Assembly: GCA_032128875.1 (NCBI GenBank)
Contig: JAVLKG010000003.1
Coordinates: 289,008 to 353,007, forward strand
DNA from: Candidatus Melainabacteria bacterium 17Bon1m
GTDB taxonomy: Bacteria > Cyanobacteriota > Vampirovibrionia > Obscuribacterales > Obscuribacteraceae
Direction: 5' to 3'
DNA: 64,000 bases
Part shown: positions 9,801-17,700 of the stretch, piece by piece
How positions within the stretch are numbered: position 1 is the first letter of the stretch
How the letters are laid out: every line of letters begins with the position of its first letter
The notes under the pieces: model-generated
The model's database searches: none
Seen by the model: only the letters and a program-made list of their open reading frames with translations
Told to the model about the DNA's origin: nothing
Position numbers and translations under genes: made by a program

Positions 9801-10556
9801 GCCAGGCAGCATTCCAGTGATAGTTTGCAAATATCGATTGAGCAGAGGAGTCAAGTAGGCATCGACTACAGTGGTATCTCCTCTGCTGACAAAACGAATG
9901 AGCGGACTGACTTCGCTGGAGGCAGAAACTTGCTCAAAACCCAGCCGCAGCGCCAACTCTTTGATCTTCTTTTCGTGCGCGTCGAACCGATAAGCGTGCA
10001 TAAAAACAATGGCTATCGATTTGATGCCGGATTCGAGTATTTCTCTCAATTGCTTTTCTGCATCTGGAAGATCGAGCGCTTCAATTTCGTTTCCTTCCGC
10101 ATCAAAACGACCGTGCAGCTCGATGGCTTTTTCAAAGAGCATTTCTGGCAGTGTTATAGCCAGAGCAAAAATGTCTGGTCTATTCTGGTAGCCGATGCGC
10201 AGCGCGTCTTTGAAGCCGTGGTTTGTGATAATCGCACAACGATCGCCTCGACGTTGCAGCAAGGCATTTGTGCCGATCGTCGTGCCAATTCTCGCGACAG
10301 AAATTTTGTCGCTAAGGCATGGAGCGTCTGCCTTATTTTCGGCTACTGCCTCGCCTTTTTCGGCAAGCGCAACTAATCGCCTCATGCCCTCAACAGTGGC
10401 ATCGGCGTACTGACCTGGTGATTCCGACAGTAGTTTAGTAACGAGAAGATGTTCGGGGTGTTTTTTTGATCGACCGATGACATCTGTGAAGGTGCCACCA
10501 CGATCGATCCAGAACTCCCAATCTTGAGAGTCGTTGATGTTGTTCGCCACGACCAA
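6837..10556 (-). CDS. 5-oxoprolinase (fused hydantoinase A/B, ATP-hydrolysing)
   Basis: IDRGGTFTD, LSGPAGG, DMGGTSTD, NIKERLDFSCA, HIPVHLGSM, GGTHLPD, TPGGGGWG; 1239 aa. Confidence 0.95.
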   Translation of the reverse strand: MVVANNINDSQDWEFWIDRGGTFTDVIGRSKKHPEHLLVTKLLSESPGQYADATVEGMRRLVALAEKGEAVAENKADAPCLSDKISVARIGTTIGTNALLQRRGDRCAIITNHGFKDALRIGYQNRPDIFALAITLPEMLFEKAIELHGRFDAEGNEIEALDLPDAEKQLREILESGIKSIAIVFMHAYRFDAHEKKIKELALRLGFEQVSASSEVSPLIRFVSRGDTTVVDAYLTPLLNRYLQTITGMLPGSKLYFMQSNGGLTPAMNFRGRDCLLSGPAGGVVAAARASALAGFNHVIGFDMGGTSTDVCHYDGYFERTSETDIQGVKIRTPMMAVHTVAAGGGSILTFDGERCRVGPQSAGANPGPACYRSGGPLTVTDANLLLGRIQPKFFPSIFGKHHDQPLDTVIVKEKFAALTREIARADSSGALASEKDSNSLTAPELVAEGYLKIAVEIMANAVRKISTEKGHDLDASALCAFGGAGGQHACQIADELNIKTVLLHPLAGVLSAFGIGIADTVEIAQAAVEEEFNKENLSKLEKTKAELAAKATATLESHGLKSENLETSFGLHLRYRGTDAAIFVPLKSEAESRKVFETFHHKRYGFITDKPIVIESISAEVISKGQNAECGSSKIAKTGDAKPVDSVQLFCGGKWQDAKVFNRAQLTQDAKINGPAIIAEDTATTVVDPGWALRVDERGFLILEKTEAATEVYGLDAENRAHATKADPIKLELFSNRLMSIAEEMGIVLQNTSHSVNIKERLDFSCAIFDRQGKLIANAPHIPVHLGSMSESVQSLMREKAGKLAPGDTFIINNPYLGGTHLPDVTAISPVFARRNNANFTTPDFFVASRGHHADIGGITPGSMPPASKHIEEEGVVFSHFHLAKEGQLNEEALLKELLAAKFPARNPAQNIADLTAQIAANKCGADALVRLCDRYELGVVESYMQFVRDNAASSVRRALGKISEGQFSGELDDGSKIVVSVKVDRKDETVKVSFSGTSPQHKGNMNAPLAISKAALLYVFRTIVNDNIPLNDGCLEPVEFSIPETCILNPKSPAAVVAGNVETSQILVDTLYAAMDLMAAAQGTMNNLTFGNDELQYYETICGGAGAGADYAGSSAVHTHMTNSRLTDPEVLELRYPVLLEHFSVRKNSGGAGKNRGGDGSIRRIKFLTPMSVSILSQRRVAEPFGMHGGLPGKRGINKWIKKDGSEEILPGTITVNVESGDSIQIETPGGGGWGVP

Positions 10557-10629
10557 ATCCCTGAAGGGATCAGTAGTTTATCTCATCTGCCCCGGAGGAC
10601 GTGAGATAGTCGGAGCGAAACTGCCAAAG

Positions 10630-10845
10630 TTAGGACGCCGTTGTGGAGGCGGCAGCCAGGTTGTTCAATTGGCTAGTCACACAAGAAAAGGCTGCTGATA
10701 TCGCCGGCGACAATTTGCCTGGAGCAAACGCGAAGACGCATGCAACGAGCACAGCTACGAAAGCCAACATCGCTGCGTATTCAGTAATAGCCTGTCCCGA
10801 ACGCCTGTTTCGTCTCTTGGTAAATGATTTAAATCTGGATTTCAT
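10630..10845 (-). CDS. Flp/Tad-type (type IVb/c) prepilin
   Basis: Basic leader ending RRSG, then QAITEY (G|xxxxEY Flp motif) and a hydrophobic helix; 71 aa. Confidence 0.8.
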   Translation of the reverse strand: MKSRFKSFTKRRNRRSGQAITEYAAMLAFVAVLVACVFAFAPGKLSPAISAAFSCVTSQLNNLAAASTTAS

Positions 10846-11373
10846 ATCTAGAACTCTGGGGACTTAGGAAAGTATAAGTGGGGTTTTTTCGATATGGACA
10901 GCGGCTGACGCATATCCACTATGACATAGCACTGAGACTTTATGGTTCTTTGGACTTAGAAAGTTGAACGGCAAAAAGACGTGCCGGCTAAAACCGGACG
11001 TTTTGTAGACTCAGTGGAGCAGGCTGTGTTCACCAAAAAAGGTTTCAGGATAGATCGGCACCGAACTCGGTGGTACCCTTCTGCGTCTCATCAAAGCACT
11101 TAATTGACAAAATCACAGCCGCGATTCTCCACCTGCTCTTGTCGATTGACAGAGCGTGAGTCGCAAATTGAATTGGTGGGATTACGGCACTAATAGATTT
11201 GTGCCCAACCGACCTATAAAAGAAACGCCGAAGATGATCCTGCCTGATTTTGACAAACCCTCATACAGCCAGCTTTTCGGGTTGTTGAGCGGACCGACTT
11301 AAATTAAGTATTGGTAATTATTGTTGTCGCTGACTGGCTGTGAGCTGGGTGGTGCCCTGTCACGAATTGAAAC

Positions 11374-12243
11374 TCAAGCAGAGATTGGGAGTTTTAGTTG
11401 AGTTGCAGTCCTTTGATAGGAGCCAATCGCGGAGCCGCCAGGTGTGTGTGTGCGGGAGGCTGGCGGCGCCGCAATAGCCCTATTCGAGGAACGTGGTTGA
11501 GGGAAAGCTTTGGCGATTTTTTGCATCGTCATCAGGTAGGTGACCGGTTTGAAAAAATCTGCGTATTTGATCAACAGCTCTGGGCTGCGATTAACTTCAG
11601 GCCATCGCGCTTCATCTATCCAAACGCGCTTGACGTGAGGTGCGAGCAACTCGATCAAGCGATCTGTATTGTGGGGAAGTAGCGGTGCCAGAGAAGCGAA
11701 AACTTCTACTCCGGCACCGCTTAGCGCGCGAATAAGCTCTAAACGGCGGGTGATTGATGGAGCCTGAGGCTCAAACTCTCTGGAGATTTCGTCGCTGTCG
11801 GTCGTGATACTCACGCCAACTGAAACGCGATCTCCAAACTTGGCGATCAAATCTATGTCGCGCATCATCAGATGACTGCGCGTGTGAATAGTCAGGCGCT
11901 TGGGCGGATAGTTGAGCAACTCTTGCAAGCATGCTCGCGTCACTCCGTACTTCAGCTCTGCGTACTGATATGGATCGGTTGCTGACCCAAAAAAGATGCG
12001 GCTGCCAAATACGCGAGCCCGATCTTTTTGAATCAGCTCGGCTGCATTTGTCTTTACTTCCACCCAATTTCCCCACTCCGAAAGGCTGTGTCGAGCATTA
12101 GGAAATTTAGGAACGTAGCAGTATGAGCATGCGAACGCGCAGCCCGCGTAAGGATTTAGCGTGTAGTCGTAACCGGCAGAAAGCGAACCCACCTTTTGTG
12201 GTGTCAATATCGATGTGGCTGTGATTTCTCGAACGAAAGCCAT
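11374..12243 (-). CDS. Radical SAM protein, SplB/Rv2578c-like (putative DNA repair)
   Basis: LNPYAGCAFACSYCY (CxxxCxxC), SATDPYQ, FEPQAPS…RL. Confidence 0.88.
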   Translation of the reverse strand: MAFVREITATSILTPQKVGSLSAGYDYTLNPYAGCAFACSYCYVPKFPNARHSLSEWGNWVEVKTNAAELIQKDRARVFGSRIFFGSATDPYQYAELKYGVTRACLQELLNYPPKRLTIHTRSHLMMRDIDLIAKFGDRVSVGVSITTDSDEISREFEPQAPSITRRLELIRALSGAGVEVFASLAPLLPHNTDRLIELLAPHVKRVWIDEARWPEVNRSPELLIKYADFFKPVTYLMTMQKIAKAFPQPRSSNRAIAAPPASRTHTPGGSAIGSYQRTATQLKLPISA

Positions 12244-12337
12244 GGCGAAACATCCTTTCCGGGGTTGCTCGTCGGAAGTCGGAAGGCATTGGAGCGCCCT
12301 TCCTTATTGTCTAAATTTCTCAAGCTGCAAAACGAGT

Positions 12338-12359
12338 GTACCATATGGACGTATGGTAC
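12338..12359. promoter_or_regulatory. Inverted repeat in divergent promoter region (putative operator)
   Basis: GTACCATA-tggacg-TATGGTAC, perfect 8-bp arms, between the radical SAM and TPR genes. Confidence 0.4.
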
Positions 12360-12488
12360 GCAAGAAGATCTATACTGTTGGGCCTGGAGCCCTTTCATTA
12401 GGCTGCCAGATTCCGGCTAGCGTGCCGGTCTGGAGCGCTTGCACTGCGGCGCCACACTACCCATACACATACAAACGGATTGAAAGAA

Positions 12489-13103
12489 ATGGCTGAGGAC
12501 ACCCCGACCGCAACTGAGCTGAATTTAGAGAAAGAACTGGCAGACTGGCTGTCTCTCAGCGAGCAGGGGCATGCCGCATACGGGCGTCGCAAACTTGTAC
12601 CTGCTGAATTGAAGTTCAAAGACGCGGTGGCAATTGTCGAGAAGCTTTGCAACGAGCCTGCATATAAAGATGATGAGGAATTGAAGAGCAAGCTCGGCAA
12701 GAGCCTGAACAACCTCGGAGCCGTCTATCACGCTCAAGGCAAGTTCGGTCTGGCAGAAGAGGCATATCAAAAGGCACTCGATCTAAAAATCCAATTGTTC
12801 GGGGAAGAACACTTTGAAACGGCGCCGTGCTATCAGAATCTTGCTGCTGTCCACAGCGCTCGCGTTCAGTACGACAAAGCTGAGCCCCTGTATTTGAAGG
12901 CAATAGCTATTAAAGAAAAACACTACGGAAAAGACTCTGAGGAGCTTCTCACGCCTTTGAAAAACCTTCTCATGCTCCTCGACAAGATGGAGCGAAAGGA
13001 AGAGGCAGAACCGCTTAGAGAGCGCATTAAGAACCTCGAGCCGCCGCCGGTAAATCCTGGTGATATCTGGCAGAGCGTTCAGCTGATCAAAAAGGACAAC
13101 TAG
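12489..13103 (+). CDS. Cytoplasmic TPR (TPR_12-type) protein
   Basis: LNNLGAVYHAQGKFGLAEEAYQKAL, YQNLAAVH…AEPLYLKAI; ATG 12489 preferred over TTG 12480. Confidence 0.85.
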   Translation: MAEDTPTATELNLEKELADWLSLSEQGHAAYGRRKLVPAELKFKDAVAIVEKLCNEPAYKDDEELKSKLGKSLNNLGAVYHAQGKFGLAEEAYQKALDLKIQLFGEEHFETAPCYQNLAAVHSARVQYDKAEPLYLKAIAIKEKHYGKDSEELLTPLKNLLMLLDKMERKEEAEPLRERIKNLEPPPVNPGDIWQSVQLIKKDN

Positions 13104-13117
13104 AATCTCGGATGCTC

Positions 13118-13142
13118 GCGGCTGAAGAAGTTAGTCAGCCGC
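13118..13142. terminator. Hairpin between convergent genes
   Basis: GCGGCTGA-N9-TCAGCCGC; no clear U-tract. Confidence 0.4.
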
Positions 13143-13153
13143 AGCTCTCGTGC

Positions 13154-15529
13154 CTAGCCCAGAGGCAGAGAAAAATAGACTATCGTGCCGCGTCCGGCGC
13201 CTGATTCCGCCCAGGCTCTTCCGCCGACACGCTCGACATTATTGCGCGCCAGGTACATCGAAAGTCTGGAGCTGTAGGTGTCCTCCGAGTGTTTACCTTG
13301 AATAAATCCCGAGAATACATCGGCGATTTCTTCTTCCGGCAATGACGGTCCGGAGCTCGAAACCCCGATGCGCAGCTCACTTCCTTTTGCTTGCGCTTCT
13401 ACGCGCACGCGACCACCCGGTGCCGTGATGGTGATCATTTTTTCCAGCATGGGTAAAAGAATCGCCTTGAAGGTTTCTTTATTGCCACTGATATTAGGCA
13501 GTCCCGGCACGCTCTTGTAGTCGAGTGCCAGCTGTCGATCGCGCGCCAACGGTGCTGATTCTTCGAGACATTCGGCAATCACTCGCGTGACCATGATTTG
13601 TTCGCGCTGCATCTGCACTGCAGGCGGTGGCACAAACCCGCCGTACATCATAAGCAAGCTGTCGACAACTCCTAAGAGTTGTTCGTAATGGACATGCAAT
13701 TCGGCTAGCGTCTGGCCGACGGAAGGATGCATGGATTGAGCCGCATTGCTCAAAATGACGTTCCAGCGCTCTTCTCCGGCAACCAAGCTGGCGCGGATAT
13801 TGTCGTTGAGCATGGCGACAATTTCTGTTTTAAGCTGAGTGTTTTCGTTGCGAACTGATTTATCGCGCAAGACCATCACATAGCCTTGAATACTGTTGTC
13901 GTCACTGACAATCGGCTGCAGGTGCGCAAGAACCTCAACCTGCTTATTCTCCCAACGGTGAAAAACAACGCCCTCTGGATAAAACTGATTGATGAGCGCG
14001 TTGGGATCTCCGCCATGTGTCGCAAAAACTTCGCCATGCGATTGGCTGTTTCTGGTTTCGCCAGGTCGTCTGACCAAATCAAAACAGAGCCGCCCGGCAA
14101 TTTCTGCTTCTGTGACGCCCATCCAGTGCAGGAAAACCGGGTTAGCAGAAATTACGTTGCCGAATTGATCGAGGATCAAAAATCCTTCGGTCGAAACTTG
14201 CAGGATACAATCGAGTTTGTGCTGCAGTATCACAGCCTGGCGGTTGGCGAAGTTTATCTGTTTAGAAACTTCGGATAATTGCTTTGCTTGAGTCGAATAT
14301 TGGCGGTTGAGCGTTTCTACCTGCTGGTTTGCTGCATCGAGCGAGCGGTTTTGTGCATCAACTTCCTCCGCCTGTCTTTGTATTTGCGTCTTCAAGTTGT
14401 TGACGGTCTGACGCATCGAAACGACCGAGGTGTCGATCAACTCGCCCAGCTCCAGCCAGTCTCCGGAGAGCCCTTCCAGAGCCGGCAGCACTTGTCGCTG
14501 GCTGGCCAATTCGTTGGTTCTGCGAATGAGGAAGCGCAGAGGTTTGTTGACGCCTTTTGAAATTCCGGCTGAAAAAAGTAGTGCGACCAGAAATGCAAGA
14601 GCGCCGCAAGAAGCCGCAAGGATACTGACATTGATGGCTCTCTGCACCATGTTCTCTACAGGAGTCGTGGCCATGATAATCGCAATGCTCTGGTGCTCGT
14701 TTAGGTCTTCGACCTGCAAGTCTCGCCAGAGTCTGCCACTTTCTTCAAATCCGGCATTTGAATTTTGGAATGCTGCAAGCGGGCCGGATTTTGAGGGTAG
14801 CGCTTTGACCCCGTGTTCTTCGAGGTTCTTCAAAAACGGTGTGGATTTTTTGACCAGTCCGGGCGAAACAGCTATCAGTTGCCCGCCTTTAGATGCCTTG
14901 CTGTTGCAAGCCACCAGAGCCAGGTCTATGCCCGCCAGGCGCGTTGGATCCATGGTTTGGAGCTTGGTGGTCATGCCGGTCAAAAACTCTGTATTGAGTG
15001 TCTGGCTGGCAATCATTACGCCTGCGACGCGATTGCCGAGGCGGATTGGTACCATGCTCGACAGTCCAAGGGTGCCGGGTTGCGTGAATGACGCGGCGCC
15101 GCCGTAGGACTTGTTATTGCGGAAGACGAAATCGACACCAGGACTGTTAGCCCTGGCGTCATAACCCGACTGTTTTGGCGAGTCGGAGCTGTAAAATACT
15201 TTGCCTTTTTCGTCGATTATGGTCACGTAACCACTGAAGCCGGTCTTCAGGACTACATCCTTCAGCGCTGTGCCGAAAGCGGCTTTGTCTCCGCGCGAGA
15301 ATGGGCCCATCAGGGCCTGGTCACCGACCATCTGCATAGCAAAGGCTTCGTTGGCTTTAAGAATCGAGCTCAAGTCGACTTTGACCTGTTTTATAGCCTC
15401 GCCAAGCTTCATGGAGGCTGTTTCTCGATTGTTTTTATAGTCGTTGTAGGTCGAGCTTACGGCGTGCCCGCAGACCATGAACATGATCACGAACAGGAAA
15501 CCAAAAGTAATTTTTGCGCTCAGTCCCAA
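13154..15529 (-). CDS. Membrane sensor histidine-kinase-like protein (Cache-like, HAMP, coiled coil, PAS, degenerate HisKA/HATPase)
   Basis: Two TM helices, PAS (ILDQFGNVISANPVF…EIAGRLC), kinase-shaped C-terminus lacking the H, N, G1 and G2 consensus residues. Confidence 0.85.
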   Translation of the reverse strand: MGLSAKITFGFLFVIMFMVCGHAVSSTYNDYKNNRETASMKLGEAIKQVKVDLSSILKANEAFAMQMVGDQALMGPFSRGDKAAFGTALKDVVLKTGFSGYVTIIDEKGKVFYSSDSPKQSGYDARANSPGVDFVFRNNKSYGGAASFTQPGTLGLSSMVPIRLGNRVAGVMIASQTLNTEFLTGMTTKLQTMDPTRLAGIDLALVACNSKASKGGQLIAVSPGLVKKSTPFLKNLEEHGVKALPSKSGPLAAFQNSNAGFEESGRLWRDLQVEDLNEHQSIAIIMATTPVENMVQRAINVSILAASCGALAFLVALLFSAGISKGVNKPLRFLIRRTNELASQRQVLPALEGLSGDWLELGELIDTSVVSMRQTVNNLKTQIQRQAEEVDAQNRSLDAANQQVETLNRQYSTQAKQLSEVSKQINFANRQAVILQHKLDCILQVSTEGFLILDQFGNVISANPVFLHWMGVTEAEIAGRLCFDLVRRPGETRNSQSHGEVFATHGGDPNALINQFYPEGVVFHRWENKQVEVLAHLQPIVSDDNSIQGYVMVLRDKSVRNENTQLKTEIVAMLNDNIRASLVAGEERWNVILSNAAQSMHPSVGQTLAELHVHYEQLLGVVDSLLMMYGGFVPPPAVQMQREQIMVTRVIAECLEESAPLARDRQLALDYKSVPGLPNISGNKETFKAILLPMLEKMITITAPGGRVRVEAQAKGSELRIGVSSSGPSLPEEEIADVFSGFIQGKHSEDTYSSRLSMYLARNNVERVGGRAWAESGAGRGTIVYFSLPLG

Positions 15530-15748
15530 TGAAAAATCACGCTAAAAGCTGAAGTAAAAGCCAAAGGTACTTTTTATGAGAAGCTCACAAAAAGTTTTCC
15601 CATTAGAAGTTTATCCACTTTCTAAAGTATCTAAGCGTGATCAGCAGAAAAACGGTGTTTCTCTGGACAGATGTTAAGTGGTGGGGCAAACCTTGTCATT
15701 GGGGTTTACCCGGAAAATCTTGATTGTTGGGCAGGCGCCCAGTAAAGA

Positions 15749-16075
15749 CTAGTCTTCGTCGTCGAAATCGTCGTCGTCGTCGTCCAAGTCATCCAACGGA
15801 GCACGTTTGCGATACTCAGACTGCACTTGAATTCCGCGAATCAGCTGATTAGGTCCGCAGTAGCCAAGCTCCAGCAAAATTTGTCCCAATGCTTTCTGCT
15901 CGTTTCCTTTAGCAGCGTCGTCGCGTTGAATTGTCAGCGCCTCTTCGAGCTGATAGAGGGTTATAAAACCCAACTCCACCAAAATTTGCCCAAGAAGCGT
16001 TCTGTTTTCAATGGACGAACCGGACTCTTTGGTCTCTTTCGGCTCTTTCGGATCTTTTGACGGGCTTTTCTTCAT
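15749..16075 (-). CDS. Stand-alone MshEN-like domain protein with acidic tail
   Basis: Two 24-aa motifs, LLGQILVELGFITLYQLEEALTIQ and ALGQILLELGYCGPNQLIRGIQVQ, matching the MshEN pattern except for the leading Arg. Confidence 0.8.
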   Translation of the reverse strand: MKKSPSKDPKEPKETKESGSSIENRTLLGQILVELGFITLYQLEEALTIQRDDAAKGNEQKALGQILLELGYCGPNQLIRGIQVQSEYRKRAPLDDLDDDDDDFDDED

Positions 16076-16133
16076 TTTTTCGCCTTGGCGACTGGGATGT
16101 TATTACTGGATATTTCCAGAATAGGACAAAATC

Positions 16134-16224
16134 AAACCGCTGGACACACCCGTAGGTATCAACTTATGGCTGCTGGGTTTCCCCCCTGACCAGGTTCGTC
16201 GGCCTACGCCGCGCCCAGCGATCT
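16134..16224 (-). ncRNA. ffs: Small bacterial SRP RNA (4.5S)
   Basis: Minus strand reads GAACCTGGTCAGG-GGG-GAAA-CCC-AGCAGCCATAAG, the SRP domain IV signature, within a long hairpin (CGCTGGGCGC…CGTAGG / CCTACG…GTGTCCAGCG). Ends approximate. Confidence 0.9.
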
Positions 16225-16234
16225 GTAACGGGGA

Positions 16235-16240
16235 ATTATA
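16235..16240 (-). promoter_or_regulatory. -10 box (TATAAT) for the SRP RNA
   Basis: Perfect TATAAT on the minus strand ~10 nt before the hairpin; no consensus -35 seen. Confidence 0.55.
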
Positions 16241-16490
16241 GACGATTTGAGTAAATAAAGGCCCTAACTGTAATGGCAAGTGATCATGAAAGTCGCTGCC
16301 CGGTGTCCGGTTCTTGTCAGCTTAAATCAAGCTTGCGCGTGAATGTTGTTACCCTGCAATCTTGTAAAATCTGACACTGCAGTTAGCCACGAAATGCGCG
16401 TGCCTCGATGTTATCGCACCGTATATGGTGTCACTCTTTGGTTTGGAAGTCTGCTGCGCGTTTATATTTCGGTTGTCTTATGGAGGTTCC

Positions 16491-17525
16491 ATGACGCTCG
16501 TGAAACAAAAACCGATTGTCCCTCCCACACACATCAACGAAATTATGTACGCGATGTGGCCTGCGCAAGCGCTGAAAGCGGCTACCCAGCACCATATTTT
16601 TGAGGCGCTGGAGAAAGAAGCGAAAGATGCGCAGGCAGTTGCAAAAGAGCTGAAGCTCGATCCAAGAGGAACAGAACTTTTGTTGGATGCTATTGTCTCT
16701 CTGGGTTTTCTCTCGAAAGCCGGCTCGCCCGCCAAATATTCCATTGCGAAAACTGACATCGGTGAGCAAGCGCGTACTTATTTGATCGCCAAGAGCCCTC
16801 TTTATGTTGGTCCTTGGTTTGCATCTGGTGAAGAACTCGGCAAAATGTGGCGTAATCTTGGCGACAACATCAAGTCTGGAAAAGGCGTCATGGAGGTCAA
16901 TAAAGACCACGAGGCGGTTGATATTTTTCCAAAACTCGCCGAAGCAATTTTTCCGATGAGTTATGCAACAGCAAAGCAGGTTGCGACTTTGCTGAAGACA
17001 GACAAGATCAAAACAGAATGGTTGGTGTTGGATTTAGCTGCAGGCTCTGGTGTTTGGAGCATTCCATTTGCAGAAGCAAGCCCAAAAGTGAAAGTCGATG
17101 CGCTGGATTTCGACGCAGTGATCAAAGTTGCGAAGCACTTCACCAAGAAATATGCGGTTGAAGATCGCTATGCCTATATCGCGGGAAACTGGCGCGATGT
17201 GCAGATCAAAGAGAATGCATACGACATCGTAATTCTCGGGCACATTTTGCATTCTGAAGGAAAAGAAGTTAGCAAAGCGCTGCTGAAGCGCTGTTTCGAA
17301 GTGATGAAACCGGGCGGGCGTCTGGTCGTGGCAGAGTTTATCGCCAACGATGAGCGCACGGGGCCTGTCTTTCCAATTATGTTTGCTTTAAATATGTTCC
17401 TCGCCACGTCAGAAGGCTGTGTCTTCAGCGAAGGCGAGCTCAAAGAAATGATTGAAGAAGCCGGCTTCAAAAAGCCATACAGACTGACTCCCGACCATGT
17501 CGTCGTCATTGCAGAAAAGCCGTAG
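16491..17525 (+). CDS. SAM-dependent O-methyltransferase with dimerisation domain (Methyltransf_2 type)
   Basis: VLDLAAGSGVW, ILGHILH, MKPGGRLVVAE; GGAGG RBS before ATG 16491. Confidence 0.9.
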   Translation: MTLVKQKPIVPPTHINEIMYAMWPAQALKAATQHHIFEALEKEAKDAQAVAKELKLDPRGTELLLDAIVSLGFLSKAGSPAKYSIAKTDIGEQARTYLIAKSPLYVGPWFASGEELGKMWRNLGDNIKSGKGVMEVNKDHEAVDIFPKLAEAIFPMSYATAKQVATLLKTDKIKTEWLVLDLAAGSGVWSIPFAEASPKVKVDALDFDAVIKVAKHFTKKYAVEDRYAYIAGNWRDVQIKENAYDIVILGHILHSEGKEVSKALLKRCFEVMKPGGRLVVAEFIANDERTGPVFPIMFALNMFLATSEGCVFSEGELKEMIEEAGFKKPYRLTPDHVVVIAEKP

Positions 17526-17700
17526 CACTGGGCATTCAGTAGCGTAGATGTCCGAGACGACTGGTCGTTCAGCAGAGCTGACATTCTGATAGGAACTGAC
17601 GGTAAGGTTGTCCGGAGCAAAGACTAAGCCTGCTTCCGTCTTTGCGCAGGATGACCTTACCGTCCATCAAGACGGAAAGAAGCGATTCATTTACAGCCAG

